A stretch of DNA of 64,000 nt from an uncultured Armatimonadetes bacterium (GCA_963716175.1 OY970296.1:3584001-3648000); one strand, 5' to 3'. Positions 51,341 to 62,910 are shown, counted from the stretch's first letter. A program made the numbers and translations. The notes: generated from the sequence alone by a model not told the origin.

Positions 51341-51388
51341 GGCGGCATCTCCCGATGCCGCCAGGCGGGGTCCAGAGCCCCGCCCTAC
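51337..51388. repeat. inverted REP pair spanning both stop codons of convergent DUF951 and leuD
   Basis: ctag-ggcggcatc-tccc-gatgccgcc and ggcggggt-ccaga-gccccgccctac. Confidence 0.78.
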
Positions 51389-51885
51389 ATGGCTCCCAGG
51401 CGCCGTTTCGTGTACTCGACCAATCCTCCCGCGGCGATGATCTGTTGCAGGAAGGCCGGAAAGGGCTCGGCGCGGTACTTGCGACCCTGGGTCACATTCT
51501 CGATCTCGCCGCGGGCCAGGTCAACAGTCAGCTCGTCGCCGGCCCTCGCCTGCGCGGCCGCCTCCCGGCAGGCCAGCACAGGCAGGCCAACATTGATGGC
51601 ATTGCGGAAGAAGATGCGGGCGAAGCTGGCAGCGATCACACAGCTCACACCCGCGCCCCGGATCGCCAGCGGCGCGTGCTCCCGGGAGCTGCCGCAGCCG
51701 AAATTCTCCCCGGCCACGATGATATCACCAGGGCGCACCTTGTGCCCGAAATCCGGGTCAATATCCTCCATGCAGTGGGAGGCCAGCTCGGACACGTCCG
51801 AGGTGTTGAGGTAGCGCGCGGGGATGATGACATCGGTGTTGACGTGGTCGCCATAGCGATGGACCTTCCCGCGCAGCACGCTCAT
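51385..51885 (-). CDS. leuD: 3-isopropylmalate dehydratase small subunit
   Basis: [32 protein letters not shown]. Confidence 0.95.
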   Translation of the reverse strand: MSVLRGKVHRYGDHVNTDVIIPARYLNTSDVSELASHCMEDIDPDFGHKVRPGDIIVAGENFGCGSSREHAPLAIRGAGVSCVIAASFARIFFRNAINVGLPVLACREAAAQARAGDELTVDLARGEIENVTQGRKYRAEPFPAFLQQIIAAGGLVEYTKRRLGAM

Positions 51886-53144
51886 GGCAGTTCCTCCGGC
51901 CCGGCGACTCGACCCAGCACGGCGGAGGCGGCGGCCACTGCCGGTCCGGCGAGATAGACCTCGCTCTCCGGATGCCCCATGCGGCCCACGAAGTTGCGGT
52001 TGGTGGTCGCTACCGCCCGCTCCCCCTTGGCCAGCACCCCCATGTGGCCACCCAGGCAGGGGCCGCAAGTGGGTGTGCTGAAGGCGCCGCCGGCATTCAA
52101 GAACACCTCTGCCAGGCCCTCCTGGATCGCCTGGAGTTGCACCCGCGGCGTCGCCGGGATCACGATCAGGCGCACCCGAGGATGCACCTGGCGGCCCTTC
52201 AGGATCTGCGCCGCCATCCTGAGATCTTCGATGCGGCCATTAGTGCAGGAGCCGATGACCACCTGGTCAATCGGGATCTCGCCGACCTGGCTCACCGGCC
52301 GCGCATTCTCCGGCAGGTGAGGAAGGGCAACCTGAAGCTCTAGCTGCGAGCAGTCTATCTCCAGGGTCCTGGCGTAGTGGGCGTCGGGCTCGCTCCCCAT
52401 AGGGCGGTAAGAACGCGTGGTCACCGACCTCATATAGGCCTCGGTCACTGCGTCCGGGGCGATGATCCCATTCTTGGCCCCGGCCTCGACCGCCATATTG
52501 CACATGGTGAGGCGGCCGGCCATCGGCAGGGCCTCGATGGTGTCGCCACAGAACTCCAGGGCCTGGTAGGTGGCTCCCGAGACCCCGATCAGGCCGATGG
52601 TGTGCAGGATCAGATCCTTCCCCCCGACCCAGGGCTTGAGCTGGCCCCGGTAGACCACCTTGATGGACTCCGGGACCCGCAGCCAGCAGTCGCCGGTGGC
52701 CATCGCCACCGCCAGGTCCGTGCTGCCCACACCGGTGGCAAAGGCGCCGAGCGCGCCATAGGTGCAGGTGTGGGAGTCGGCGCCGATGATGCACTCGCCG
52801 GGGGCGACCAGCCCCTCCTCCGGGAGCAGCGCGTGCTCGATCCCGCCTCGGCCCACGTCCCAGAAGTGCTCCACTCCCTGCTCGCGCGAGAACTCCCGCA
52901 TCAGCCGGCACTGCTCGGCCGCCTTGATGTCCTTGTTGGGAGTGGAGTGATCGGCCACCAGCACCACCCGCGCCGAATCCACGACTTTCGCGGCGCCGAT
53001 TCTGCGGAACTCCTCAATGGCGATGGGCGCGGTGATGTCGTTGCCCAGCATCAGGTCGAGCCGGGCCATCACGAACTGCCCGGGCCGCACCTGGGCCTGG
53101 CCGGAATGGGCGGCCAGAATCTTCGCGGTGAGGGTCATACCCAT
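51882..53144 (-). CDS. leuC: 3-isopropylmalate dehydratase large subunit
   Basis: [34 protein letters not shown]. Confidence 0.96.
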   Translation of the reverse strand: MGMTLTAKILAAHSGQAQVRPGQFVMARLDLMLGNDITAPIAIEEFRRIGAAKVVDSARVVLVADHSTPNKDIKAAEQCRLMREFSREQGVEHFWDVGRGGIEHALLPEEGLVAPGECIIGADSHTCTYGALGAFATGVGSTDLAVAMATGDCWLRVPESIKVVYRGQLKPWVGGKDLILHTIGLIGVSGATYQALEFCGDTIEALPMAGRLTMCNMAVEAGAKNGIIAPDAVTEAYMRSVTTRSYRPMGSEPDAHYARTLEIDCSQLELQVALPHLPENARPVSQVGEIPIDQVVIGSCTNGRIEDLRMAAQILKGRQVHPRVRLIVIPATPRVQLQAIQEGLAEVFLNAGGAFSTPTCGPCLGGHMGVLAKGERAVATTNRNFVGRMGHPESEVYLAGPAVAAASAVLGRVAGPEELP

Positions 53145-53145
53145 G

Positions 53146-54732
53146 CTAGTGCGGCTTCCTGCGAATGCGCCGCCGCGCCCCACCGCTGCGGAAGACCACC
53201 TTGTTGAGGGCCTGCAGATAGGCCTTGGCGGAGGCCTCGATGATATCCATGCTGGAGCCGCGGCCGGTGAAAATCTCGCCCCCGCGGTCGCTGATCCGCA
53301 CTGTCACCTCGCCCAGGGCGTCAGTGCCGCCGGTCACGGAACTGACGTTGTAGTCCACCAGGCGGTGCGGGACCTTGATCAGCCGGTCAATGGCGCTGTA
53401 CACCGCATCCACGCTTCCCACGCCATTGGCCACGCCCTGGAAGAGCTGCCCGTTCTGGCGCAGGCGCACGGTGGCGGTGGGAATGGTGGTGCCCCCGCTC
53501 ACCACGTGCAGGTAGTCGAGAGCGTAGATCTCCTGGGCTACCCGCAGCTCGTCGGCCACCAGGGACTCGAGCTCGTCGTCGGTCACCTCTTTGCGCTGGT
53601 CGGCCACCTCCAGGAAGCGCTGGTAGGTCTTCTCCAGCTCGCCCGGCGACAGGTCATAGCCGAGCTCGGCCAGCCGGTGCCTAACCGCCTTGCGGCCGGA
53701 GCGGCTGGTGAGCACGATCTCACTTTTCTCTCGACCGACTTTCTGGGGCCGCACGATCTCAAAGCTCGCCCGCCGCTCCAGCAGCTTGATCACCCCGTCC
53801 ACGTGGACACCAGAGGCGTGGGCGAAGGCATTCGCCCCTACGATCGCCTTGTTGGGCTGCACGGGGATCCCGGTCACTTCGCGCACCAGCCGGCTAGTCC
53901 GGTAAATCTCCTTCAGGTTGATCCCGGTTTCGAACTTGCGCTTCAGCTCCGGCCTGGTGTCGAGGATGACGGAGACTTCCTCCAGGGCAGCGTTCCCCGC
54001 GCGCTCCCCGAGGCCATTGATGGTGCACTCGACCTGGGTGGCCCCGTTCACAATCGCTGCCACCGAGTTGGCGGTGGCCAGGCCGAGATCATCGTGGCAG
54101 TGCACACTGATGGTCACTTTGCCGATGTTCGGCACCGCCTCCCGGAGTCTCCGGATCAGGTCGCCGAACCCCCAGGGAAGGGCGTAGCCGAGGGTGTCGG
54201 GGATATTGATGATGGATGCGCCTGCGTCAATCGTTGCTTCTACCACCTGGCAGAGATAGTCGAACTCCGTGCGCGTGGCGTCCATCGGCGAGAACTCCAC
54301 CTCCTCAATCAGGTCGCGGGCGCGAGCGACCGACGAGACCGCCATCTCCAGTACCTCCTCCTTGCTCTTGCGCAAGATTCCCGCGCGATGCTGGGGCGAG
54401 GTACTCAGGAAGACATGAAGGCGCACCCGCTTGCCGCCCCTAAGCGCCTCGGCGGTGCGGTCAATCGCCTCTGGGCGGCAGAGGCTGAGCCCGGCAATGA
54501 CCGGGCCCTTCACCTGCTTGACGATCTGCCGTACCGCGGCGAAGTCCCCCGGTGACGAGTAAGGGAATCCAGCCTCGATCACATCCACCCCAAGGCGGCC
54601 AAGCTGCTGGGCCACCTTCAGCTTCTCCTCGGCCGTCATGCTGGCGCCGGGGCACTGCTCGGCATCGCGCAGTGTGGTGTCGAAGATCGCGATCCGCGTT
54701 TTCCTATGTTTGGTCGTCCTCGGGGCAGCCAT
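53146..54732 (-). CDS. leuA: 2-isopropylmalate synthase
   Basis: DTTLRDAEQ, HCHDDLG, GERAGNA, C-terminal regulatory domain GTDALGEV. Confidence 0.93.
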   Translation of the reverse strand: MAAPRTTKHRKTRIAIFDTTLRDAEQCPGASMTAEEKLKVAQQLGRLGVDVIEAGFPYSSPGDFAAVRQIVKQVKGPVIAGLSLCRPEAIDRTAEALRGGKRVRLHVFLSTSPQHRAGILRKSKEEVLEMAVSSVARARDLIEEVEFSPMDATRTEFDYLCQVVEATIDAGASIINIPDTLGYALPWGFGDLIRRLREAVPNIGKVTISVHCHDDLGLATANSVAAIVNGATQVECTINGLGERAGNAALEEVSVILDTRPELKRKFETGINLKEIYRTSRLVREVTGIPVQPNKAIVGANAFAHASGVHVDGVIKLLERRASFEIVRPQKVGREKSEIVLTSRSGRKAVRHRLAELGYDLSPGELEKTYQRFLEVADQRKEVTDDELESLVADELRVAQEIYALDYLHVVSGGTTIPTATVRLRQNGQLFQGVANGVGSVDAVYSAIDRLIKVPHRLVDYNVSSVTGGTDALGEVTVRISDRGGEIFTGRGSSMDIIEASAKAYLQALNKVVFRSGGARRRIRRKPH

Positions 54733-54758
54733 GCTCTCACACCTCCAATCGCGGCTAG

Positions 54759-54801
54759 GGGCAGGTTGGAAACCTGCCCTACGACGGGCCGCAGGCCAGC
54801 C

Positions 54802-54805
<4 letters not shown>
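54759..54805 (-). repeat. two REPs (54759-54782; degenerate 54784-54805 overlapping the ilvC stop)
   Basis: gggcaggtt-gga-aacctgccctac; minus strand GTAGGGCTGGCC-TGC-GGCCCGTC. Confidence 0.7.
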
Positions 54806-55794
<989 letters not shown>

Positions 55795-55810
55795 GTTTCC
55801 TCTCCTCACG

Positions 55811-56176
55811 TTATCCACGTTTCCCAGGTTCTGCCGCGCCTCTCGTGCCCTCTTCGGCCCGCCGCCGCCAGATCACCCCCAGCGCCAGCCCGATCACCAG
55901 GCCGATCGCGAGGAAGAGGGCGAGGTTGATCAGCAGCCCTCGCACACTGTCCAGGCCATAGTGGCCGACGATGCTACTGTACATCCGCCACAGCAGCCAG
56001 ATGGCCGGACCCGCCAGCCCGCACAGCAGTCCCACGGCCAGATCGGCCGCCAGCCGGCGACGAATCGCGCCCGCCACCGCGCCCAGCAGCAGGCCAAGCG
56101 CCGGCAGCGCGACCGCGATCAGCGCCAGCGCCCGTTCCGCCTGCTCGACGGTGATCAGTTCCTTCATCTCGGACAT
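55811..56176 (-). CDS. hypothetical 3-TM membrane protein within the ilv operon
   Basis: three hydrophobic segments, coding-like composition. Confidence 0.7.
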   Translation of the reverse strand: MSEMKELITVEQAERALALIAVALPALGLLLGAVAGAIRRRLAADLAVGLLCGLAGPAIWLLWRMYSSIVGHYGLDSVRGLLINLALFLAIGLVIGLALGVIWRRRAEEGTRGAAEPGKRG

Positions 56177-56214
56177 CGCAGCATCCCAGCCGCCAGGTGG
56201 TCTGCCCAGCGCCC

Positions 56215-56291
56215 GGCGGGCATGCGGAGATGGCTAGGTTGCCGGAGGCAACCGCCATGGCGGCTCAGGCCTAGCCACATGCCCGCCCTAC
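56215..56291 (-). repeat. GTAG-REP carrying a nested 47-bp cloverleaf element (56231-56277)
   Basis: ggcgggcatgcggaga[tggctagg...cctagcca]catgcccgccctac. Confidence 0.85.
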
Positions 56292-56301
56292 AAGCGACAG
56301 C

Positions 56302-56788
56302 TTACGCAGTGCGAGGACCGCGGGAGAGCACGATGCGACCCGTGCGCATCACCTCTTTGATCCCGTAGTTGCGCAGCAGCCCGATCAGAGCGTCAATCTT
56401 GTCCGCCCCGCCCGTCACCTCGATGGTGAAGGTGCGATCCGAGACGTCCACGATGTTGGCGCGGAAGATGCTCACGGTCTGCATGATCTCGCCCCGGCTG
56501 GCCGGCTCTGCCTCCACCTTGATCAAGGCCAGCTCGCGCGACTATGATCGGCTCGTTCTGGTGGTCGAGCACCTTGATCACGTCCAGCAGCTTGTAGAGC
56601 TGCTTGCTGATCTGCTCCAGGATCGCGTCGGGCCCATCTACCACGATGGTCATGCGGGAGGTCTCCGGATCCTGGGTGGTGGCGACCGCCAGGCTGTCAA
56701 TGTTGAAGCCCCGCCGGGAGAACAGGCCGGCGGTGCGGGCCAGCACGCCGGGCCGGTTATTCACGAGCACCGAGATGGTGTGTTTCAT
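56302..56788 (-). CDS. ilvN: acetolactate synthase small subunit (frameshift near 56537)
   Basis: [29 protein letters not shown]; the next frame has ELALIKV...FRANIVDV...RTG. Confidence 0.93.
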
Positions 56789-56802
56789 GGCCGCCTCCCT
56801 GG

Positions 56803-58474
56803 TCAGTCCACCAGCATGTCTTCCACTGTGCCGCCGGCTGGCACCATGGGCATTACGTTCTCGTCACGCGCCACCTGGAAATCCACCAGGCAGGGCCGGT
56901 CGCTCACTGCCATCGCCTGCGCGACTACCTGCTCCACTTCCGAGTCCTTGGTCGCCCTCAGGCCGACCGCGCCATAGGCCTCGGCCAGCTTCACGAAGTC
57001 CGGGGAGCCGGTGGCGATGTCGGTGTGCGAGAGGCGCTCCCGGAAGAAGAGCGACTGCCACTGGCGCACCATACCGAGATAGCCGTTGTTCAGCACTGCG
57101 ATCTTCACTGGAATCCGGTTGGTCACCGCGGTCGCCATCTCCTGGATGTTCATCTGAATGCTGCCATCGCCGGCGATGTCCCAGACCACCTGCTCCGGGT
57201 GAGCGATCTGGGCGCCGATGGCCGCGGGCAGGCCGTAGCCCATGGTCCCCAGGCCCCCGGAGCTGATGAACTGCCGCGGCGCGCTTGCAGGGATACCACT
57301 GGGCCGCCCACATCTGGTTCTGGCCCACCTCGGTGACGATGATCGCCTCTCCCTTGGTGGCGCGATAGATCTCCTGGATCACATATTGGGGCTTCAGCCC
57401 ATCGCCCTTCCAGCGCAGGGGATATTGCTGCTTCCACTCCTCGATCTTCGCCCGCCACTCCGGGTGGCGGGCAGGCACCACCTTCTTTAGCAGCGCGTGC
57501 AGCACCAACTTGACGTCGCCCACGATAGGGAGAGCGGGGGCCACGTTCTTGCCGATCTCAGCCGGATCAATGTCCACATGGATGAACTTCGCGGCCCGCG
57601 CGAACATGTCCAGCTTGCCCGTCACCCGGTCGTCGAAGCGAGTCCCAGCCGCCAGGATCACGTCCGCCTCGTGCAGCGCGTAGTTGGCATAGGCGGTGCC
57701 ATGCATCCCAGGCATGCCCAGGGACAGATCATGGTCCTCCGGAAAGCCGCCCTTCCCCATCAGGGTCATGGTCACCGGCATGTCAGCTCGCTCGGCCAGC
57801 TCCACCAGCTCGGCCTGGGCGTCGGCGCTGTTGATCCCGCCCCCGCCGTAGATCAGGGGCCGCTGGGCCCCGTTGATCATCTCCGCCGCTCGCTCGATCA
57901 TCTTCACGTGCCCGCTCCGGGTGGGCCGATAGCCGCGCAGCTCCACCTTCTCCGGGTACTCGAAATCGAGTTCCGCTTGCTGCACATCCCGGGGGAAGTC
58001 CACCAGCACCGGGCCAGGCCGGCCGGTGCGGGCAACGTGAAATGCTTCTTTCAACACCCGCGGCACATCGGCGGCCTTGGTGAGCAGGTAGTTGTGCTTG
58101 GTGATGGGCATGGTGATGCCGGTGATGTCGGCCTCCTGGAAGGCGTCCTTGCCGATGGCGAAGGTTGGCACCTGCCCTGTGATCGCCACGATCGGCACCG
58201 AGTCCATGTACGCGGTGGCGATCCCGGTCACCAGATTCGTGGCGCCGGGGCCAGAGGTGGCCAGGCACACGCCCACCTTGCCACTGGCGCGGGCATAGCC
58301 ATCCGCGGCATGCGCGGCGCCCTGCTCGTGCCGCACCAGGATGTGGCGGATGTCCTTGACGTCGTACAGCACGTCGTAGATCGGCAGCAGGACACCGCCC
58401 GGGTAGCCGAAGATGACCTCGACTCCCTCGCGCCTCAGGCTCTCCATCAATGCTTGCGCGCCGGTCATCCTCAT
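56803..58474 (-). CDS. ilvB: acetolactate synthase large subunit (frameshift near 57280)
   Basis: [31 protein letters not shown]; the next frame has [23 protein letters not shown]. Confidence 0.95.
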
Positions 58475-60246
58475 GCTCTCACCTCTCTGCTCATCTCGCC
58501 ATTCACCATCATCACTGCGCCTCGCGCGGCCGAGGAAACTTGAGCCGCGTAGCGGGCCAGCCAACCGGTAGCAATCTTGGGCGGCAATGGCCTCCAACTA
58601 CGGCGCCGGTCTCTCAGCTCCCCCGCCTTGACCCGCAGCTCGATCTTCCGGCGGTTGATGTCAATCAGGATCTGATCTCCCTCTTGCACCAGGCCGATCG
58701 CGCCGCCAGCGGCGGCCTCTGGCGAGATATGACCCACGGAGAGGCCAATGGTCGCGCCGGAGAAGCGCCCGTCAGTGATCAGAGCAACCGATTCGTTGAG
58801 GCCCGCGGCGTAGATCTGCGAGGTGGGGTAGAGCATCTCCCTCATCCCCGGGCCTCCCCGGGGTCCTTCGTACTGTATTACCACCACGTCGCCCGGCTGT
58901 ATCTTGCCCTCCACGATCGCCTGGGTGGCATCTTCCTCCCGCGTGAAGACCCGCGCCCGGCCCACAAAGCGGCGCATCTTGCGCGCCACCGCCGACTGCT
59001 TCACCACCGCGCCATCGGGCGCCAGATTGCCGGTCAGGATGGCGATCCCGCCCTCCTTGTGGTAGGGCCGATCGAGGGGCCGGATCACCTCGGCATCGAG
59101 CACTCGCGCCACGGCGGCGATCTGCTGGGTAGGCAGGCCGCTCACTGTATTCGCGGCCTCGAGCTGGCCGGCGATCACATGCATCACCGCCGGTACGCCC
59201 CCCGCCCGGTCCAGGTCCTGCATCGCGTGCACCGCGGTGGGGCCGGGCAGGATATCCGTGATGTGGGGAGTGGTCCGCGAGATATCATCAAACCAACCGA
59301 TCGGCAGCTCGATTCCGGCCTCGTATGCGATCGCCGGCAGATGCAGCACCGTATTGCTGGAACCGCCCAGCGCGTTATCCACGCGGATGGCATTACGGAA
59401 GGCGGCTGTGGTGAGAATCGCGCGCGGCCGAACCTCTTCCCGCACCAGCTCCACGATGCGCTCGCCGCTGGCGTAGGCGATGCGCTTCCGCTCGGCCGAC
59501 ACCGCCAGGGCGGTGCCCGAACCGGGCAGAGAAAGGCCCAGCGCCTCCGTGAGGCAGGCCATGGTATTGGCCGTATACAGCCCCTGGCAGGAACCGATCC
59601 CCGGGCAGGCCGCCATCTCCAGCGCGGTGAGCTGCTGGTCGTTGAGGAGCCCAGCCTTGTGCCAGCCGGCCCCGTAATAGCCGTCGCCGTAGACGACATG
59701 GCCTGCGGCCAGGCGCTCGGCCGTTTTCGCGGTTTCGGGCTTACCCGCGGTGCGGAATTGCTCTGCGGCCGCCATCATATCATCGGCAAGGCGCGCGCAC
59801 TCGCCGGCCATCATTGGGCCCCCGGTCACCACAATCGCGGGGATATTGACCCGGACCGCCGCCATCAGCATGCCGGGCGTGATCTTGTCGCAGTTGGTGA
59901 GCAGCACTACGCCGTCAAACTGGTGGGCCTCTAGCATGGATTCCACCGAGTCCGCGATCAGCTCCCGGGATGGGAGGGAATAGTGCATTCCCGCATGCCC
60001 CATGGCGAGGCCATCGCAGATGCCGGGCAGGCCGAAGAAGAAGGCCGTGCCGCCAGCGGCGAAGATACCGCGCTCGATGTGGCGCTCCAGGTCACGCAGA
60101 CCGACATGACCGGGGATGATGTCGTTCCAGCTGGTGGCGACGGCGATGAAAGGCCGGTCAATGGCGCTTCGGCCCAGGCCCGACCCATAGAGCAGAGCGC
60201 GGTGCGGCGCCCGCTCCGGCCCCGTCTTGATCACATCGCTGCGCAT
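58471..60246 (-). CDS. ilvD: dihydroxy-acid dehydratase
   Basis: [60 protein letters not shown]. Confidence 0.97.
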   Translation of the reverse strand: MRSDVIKTGPERAPHRALLYGSGLGRSAIDRPFIAVATSWNDIIPGHVGLRDLERHIERGIFAAGGTAFFFGLPGICDGLAMGHAGMHYSLPSRELIADSVESMLEAHQFDGVVLLTNCDKITPGMLMAAVRVNIPAIVVTGGPMMAGECARLADDMMAAAEQFRTAGKPETAKTAERLAAGHVVYGDGYYGAGWHKAGLLNDQQLTALEMAACPGIGSCQGLYTANTMACLTEALGLSLPGSGTALAVSAERKRIAYASGERIVELVREEVRPRAILTTAAFRNAIRVDNALGGSSNTVLHLPAIAYEAGIELPIGWFDDISRTTPHITDILPGPTAVHAMQDLDRAGGVPAVMHVIAGQLEAANTVSGLPTQQIAAVARVLDAEVIRPLDRPYHKEGGIAILTGNLAPDGAVVKQSAVARKMRRFVGRARVFTREEDATQAIVEGKIQPGDVVVIQYEGPRGGPGMREMLYPTSQIYAAGLNESVALITDGRFSGATIGLSVGHISPEAAAGGAIGLVQEGDQILIDINRRKIELRVKAGELRDRRRSWRPLPPKIATGWLARYAAQVSSAARGAVMMVNGEMSREVRA

Positions 60247-60399
60247 AATGTCTCCTCGTCCAACCTGCCTAGAGCGCGTTTCATAACCTACCTGCTGGCT
60301 GGCCGCACCACGCCCTCGCATCAAATGCGCCTGCCAGGGCCTGACGTTGTGCAGTGCTGTCTCATAACCTCCCCTGGGAAGGTTATGAAACAGCTTCTA

Positions 60400-60775
60400 T
60401 GCAAAAACCTCTCGTCCCAGTTTGGGACGAGAGGCGCAGGTCTCTCGCGGTACCACCCAAATTGAACGACGGCCGTCGCCGACGTGATGGCCGCGTCCCA
60501 CTCTCTGCGCGCTAACGGGCGGCTCCCGGCACCGGCCTATGCTACTCTGCGAAGTAGCGAAGTAACATCACTACTTCGCTACGAAGCACGAGCTGGATGC
60601 GTTCGGCCGGGCAGCTCTGGGGCGAGATTCGGTGGCTAAGCCTGCCTCTAGCAGGCCGCCATGGCGGCCCTTTCGGGCCTAGCCACAGGTTCCCGGCGCC
60701 GGCTCCCAGCCCAGACCGGCTCTCTGGAGCCTGAGTCCCTGCCTACTGCTCCCCTTCGTCGCTTTTGCGGACTCG
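60400..60775 (-). promoter_or_regulatory. T-box riboswitch leader of the ilv-leu operon (probable Leu CUC specifier)
   Basis: minus strand: AGTA/GAA loop-E, CAGAGAGCC AG box, GCTGGGAGCC distal loop, GAAT-CTC-G specifier (60624-60626; AUC/Ile reading not excluded), CCGTTA, AATTTGGGTGGTACCGCG T-box. Confidence 0.95.
60403..60434 (-). terminator. T-box intrinsic terminator
   Basis: CCTCTCGTCCCA-AAC-TGGGACGAGAGG-TTTTT. Confidence 0.92.
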
Positions 60776-60784
60776 ACTGGAAGG

Positions 60785-60814
60785 ATTATAGCAGAGGCGG
60801 AAAGGCAGCGTCAA
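60785..60814 (-). promoter_or_regulatory. sigma70 promoter of the T-box/ilv-leu operon
   Basis: minus strand TTGACG-18-TATAAT with TG extension. Confidence 0.85.
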
Positions 60815-61031
60815 GCCCCAGCAGCTATGTGCGATCTTCGGCACCATCCTCCGCTTGCGCAGCCCATTTTCACCATCGCACCGGTCCGAAGTGGGTACCA
60901 AGAAATCAGTGGTGGTTCCGCCCCGAGCGGGGATTGCGCCGAGTGTCTTGCTGGGAACCGCCCGGGGCGGACCACCGGCATTCCGGCAGAGAGCGCCTGG
61001 TATAGCCGGCACTCTCCACGAGGCAAGCGAA

Positions 61032-61406
61032 ATGGCGAGGATCACGATCAATGCAGAGAAGAAGAGCTTGAACCACCCTGACGAAGTCCGCTCCTTCCCC
61101 AAGGGGAGAGTGGAGGTAGTGAGGGTGGGAGAGCATACCCTGATGCGGGCGACCTTCGAGCCAGGCTGGCGGTGGTCGCAGCACGTGAAGCCGCAGGTCG
61201 GCACTGAGAGCTGCGAAGTGCCGCACGTGGGCTACGTGATTTCAGGCCAACTGGCGACTCGCATGCACGACGGCACAGAGATCGAGGCCGGACCCGGCGA
61301 CTTCGTGGCTATTCCGCCAGGCCACGACGGCTGGGTGGTAGGAGATGAGCCGGTCGTGTTCCTGGACTTCGTGGGAGGCGAGGTCTACGGCAGACGGCAT
61401 GAGTGA
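61032..61406 (+). CDS. cupin domain protein
   Basis: FEPGWRWS..VKP..GT.SC...HVGY..SG; IPPGHDGWVVG. Confidence 0.9.
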   Translation: MARITINAEKKSLNHPDEVRSFPKGRVEVVRVGEHTLMRATFEPGWRWSQHVKPQVGTESCEVPHVGYVISGQLATRMHDGTEIEAGPGDFVAIPPGHDGWVVGDEPVVFLDFVGGEVYGRRHE

Positions 61407-61442
61407 CAACTGTCGGCGCCAGAAGGCGCCGAAGGCGTCGCT

Positions 61443-61475
61443 GAATCGCCATGGCGCAGCAGGCCGTGGCGATTC
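61443..61475. terminator. hairpin between convergent genes
   Basis: gaatcgccatggc-gcagcag-gccgtggcgattc. Confidence 0.45.
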
Positions 61476-61502
61476 GCTTTCAGGGGGTCGGTCACAAGCG
61501 CG

Positions 61503-62177
61503 TCATTCCCTGAACCGATACTTGATCAGCGTCCACAGCGCCACCACCCCGTCCCACCACCGAATCTTCTTGCCCGCCCCCACGCTGCGGGCGTGGTAGC
61601 TCACCGGCACCTCCCGGATGCGCAGGCCGCGCTTGCGCACCTTGGCGGTGACCTCGGGGCAGAACTCGAACCGCTGGCATTGCAGCGGAATCTCCCGCAG
61701 CACCTCGGTGCGGAAGACCTTATAGCAGGTCGCCTCATCCGTGATGCCGGCCCGGTAGAGCAGATTGGCGAGCAGGGCGGCGAGCCAGTTGAAGACGCGG
61801 TGGGGCCAGCGCATTCCCTCGAAGCGCGGCGCGCGGCTGCCGTAGACCACGCTCGCTTCTCCCGCCAGAATGGGGGCGATCAGGGCCGGGTAATCGGCTG
61901 GATCATATTCCAGGTCGGCATCCTGGATGATCACGATGTCTCCCGTCACGTCGGCGAGCGCGCGTCGGATGGCCGCGCCTTTTCCTTGGTTGCGCGGCTG
62001 GCGAATCAGCTTGAGATCGTCGCCCGCGAGTCCGGCCACCACCTCCGGAGTGCCGTCCGAGCTGGCGTCATCTACGACGAGAATCTCCTTCTGCACCGGG
62101 GAGGCGCGCACGCGGGCGATGGTCTCGGCCACCGTCTCGCGCTCATTGTAGACCGGAATGATGACGGAGACTCTCAC
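61503..62177 (-). CDS. glycosyltransferase family 2 (polyprenol-phosphate glycosyltransferase-like)
   Basis: IIPVYNE, VDDASSDGT, GKGAA, QDADLEYDP, TDEATCYK. Confidence 0.93.
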   Translation of the reverse strand: MRVSVIIPVYNERETVAETIARVRASPVQKEILVVDDASSDGTPEVVAGLAGDDLKLIRQPRNQGKGAAIRRALADVTGDIVIIQDADLEYDPADYPALIAPILAGEASVVYGSRAPRFEGMRWPHRVFNWLAALLANLLYRAGITDEATCYKVFRTEVLREIPLQCQRFEFCPEVTAKVRKRGLRIREVPVSYHARSVGAGKKIRWWDGVVALWTLIKYRFRE

Positions 62178-62262
62178 CAGTCTGCCCCTGGATTGCTGAT
62201 ACCCTGAACTACTTCGGCAGGAACGGCCGTCCGCCTACCGAAGTGGATGTCAGGGCCGGACC

Positions 62263-62910
62263 ATGCTCGAAAGAACTTCTCGGCCGCCTTCGGCGTCTAA
62301 GCTGTCGGAGGATGCGGTGGAAGAGGCGATCGGACCGCAGGGCGCGACGCAGCCCGGGCGCCTGCGGGGAGCCGATGAGGCCGAGCTGGTGGCGGCCTGC
62401 GCTGATGGTAGGCCGGAGGCATTTCGCGAGCTGCTGGCGCGCCATCGGCGGTCCGTGCTCACGCTCGCCTACCACATGCTCGGCAATGCCGAAGATGCCG
62501 AGGACGTGGCCCAGGAAGCGTTCGTGCGGGTGTTCCAGGCGATCCCGCGCTTCCGCCAGCAGGCGGCCTTCACTACCTGGCTCTACCGCATCGTCACCAA
62601 CCTGTGCCTGGGCCGGCAGCGGAGGCGACGGCCGGTGGTGGAGCTGGAGACGCTGGCAGAGCCCAGCGCCCCGGACAGCCCCTCCGAGCAGGTGACCGAA
62701 GGCCTGGCGGCGAGACAGGTGCTGGCCCAGATGCCGGCCCAACTGCGAGCCATTTTGGTGCTGAGAGAGCAGGAGGAGCTGAGCTACGAGGAGATCGCCA
62801 AGGCGCTGGCCCTGCCGGTGGGAACGGTCCGGTCGCGCCTGAGCAAAGCCCGGGCCTGCTTCCGCCGCCTGTGGAGTGAGCTGTTGCAGAGCGCGGAAGG
62901 AAATGCTTGA
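62263..62910 (+). CDS. ECF sigma factor (SigW/RpoE-like)
   Basis: DAEDVAQEAF, FTTWLYRIVTNLC, LSYEEIA..L..PVGTVRSRLSKAR. Confidence 0.93.
   Translation: MLERTSRPPSASKLSEDAVEEAIGPQGATQPGRLRGADEAELVAACADGRPEAFRELLARHRRSVLTLAYHMLGNAEDAEDVAQEAFVRVFQAIPRFRQQAAFTTWLYRIVTNLCLGRQRRRRPVVELETLAEPSAPDSPSEQVTEGLAARQVLAQMPAQLRAILVLREQEELSYEEIAKALALPVGTVRSRLSKARACFRRLWSELLQSAEGNA

Noticed and set aside
56231-56277. tRNA gene or fragment (cloverleaf shape, ends in CCA)
   Set aside because: Only 47-53 bp, with no TTCRA T-loop, D-loop GG or 7-nt anticodon loop
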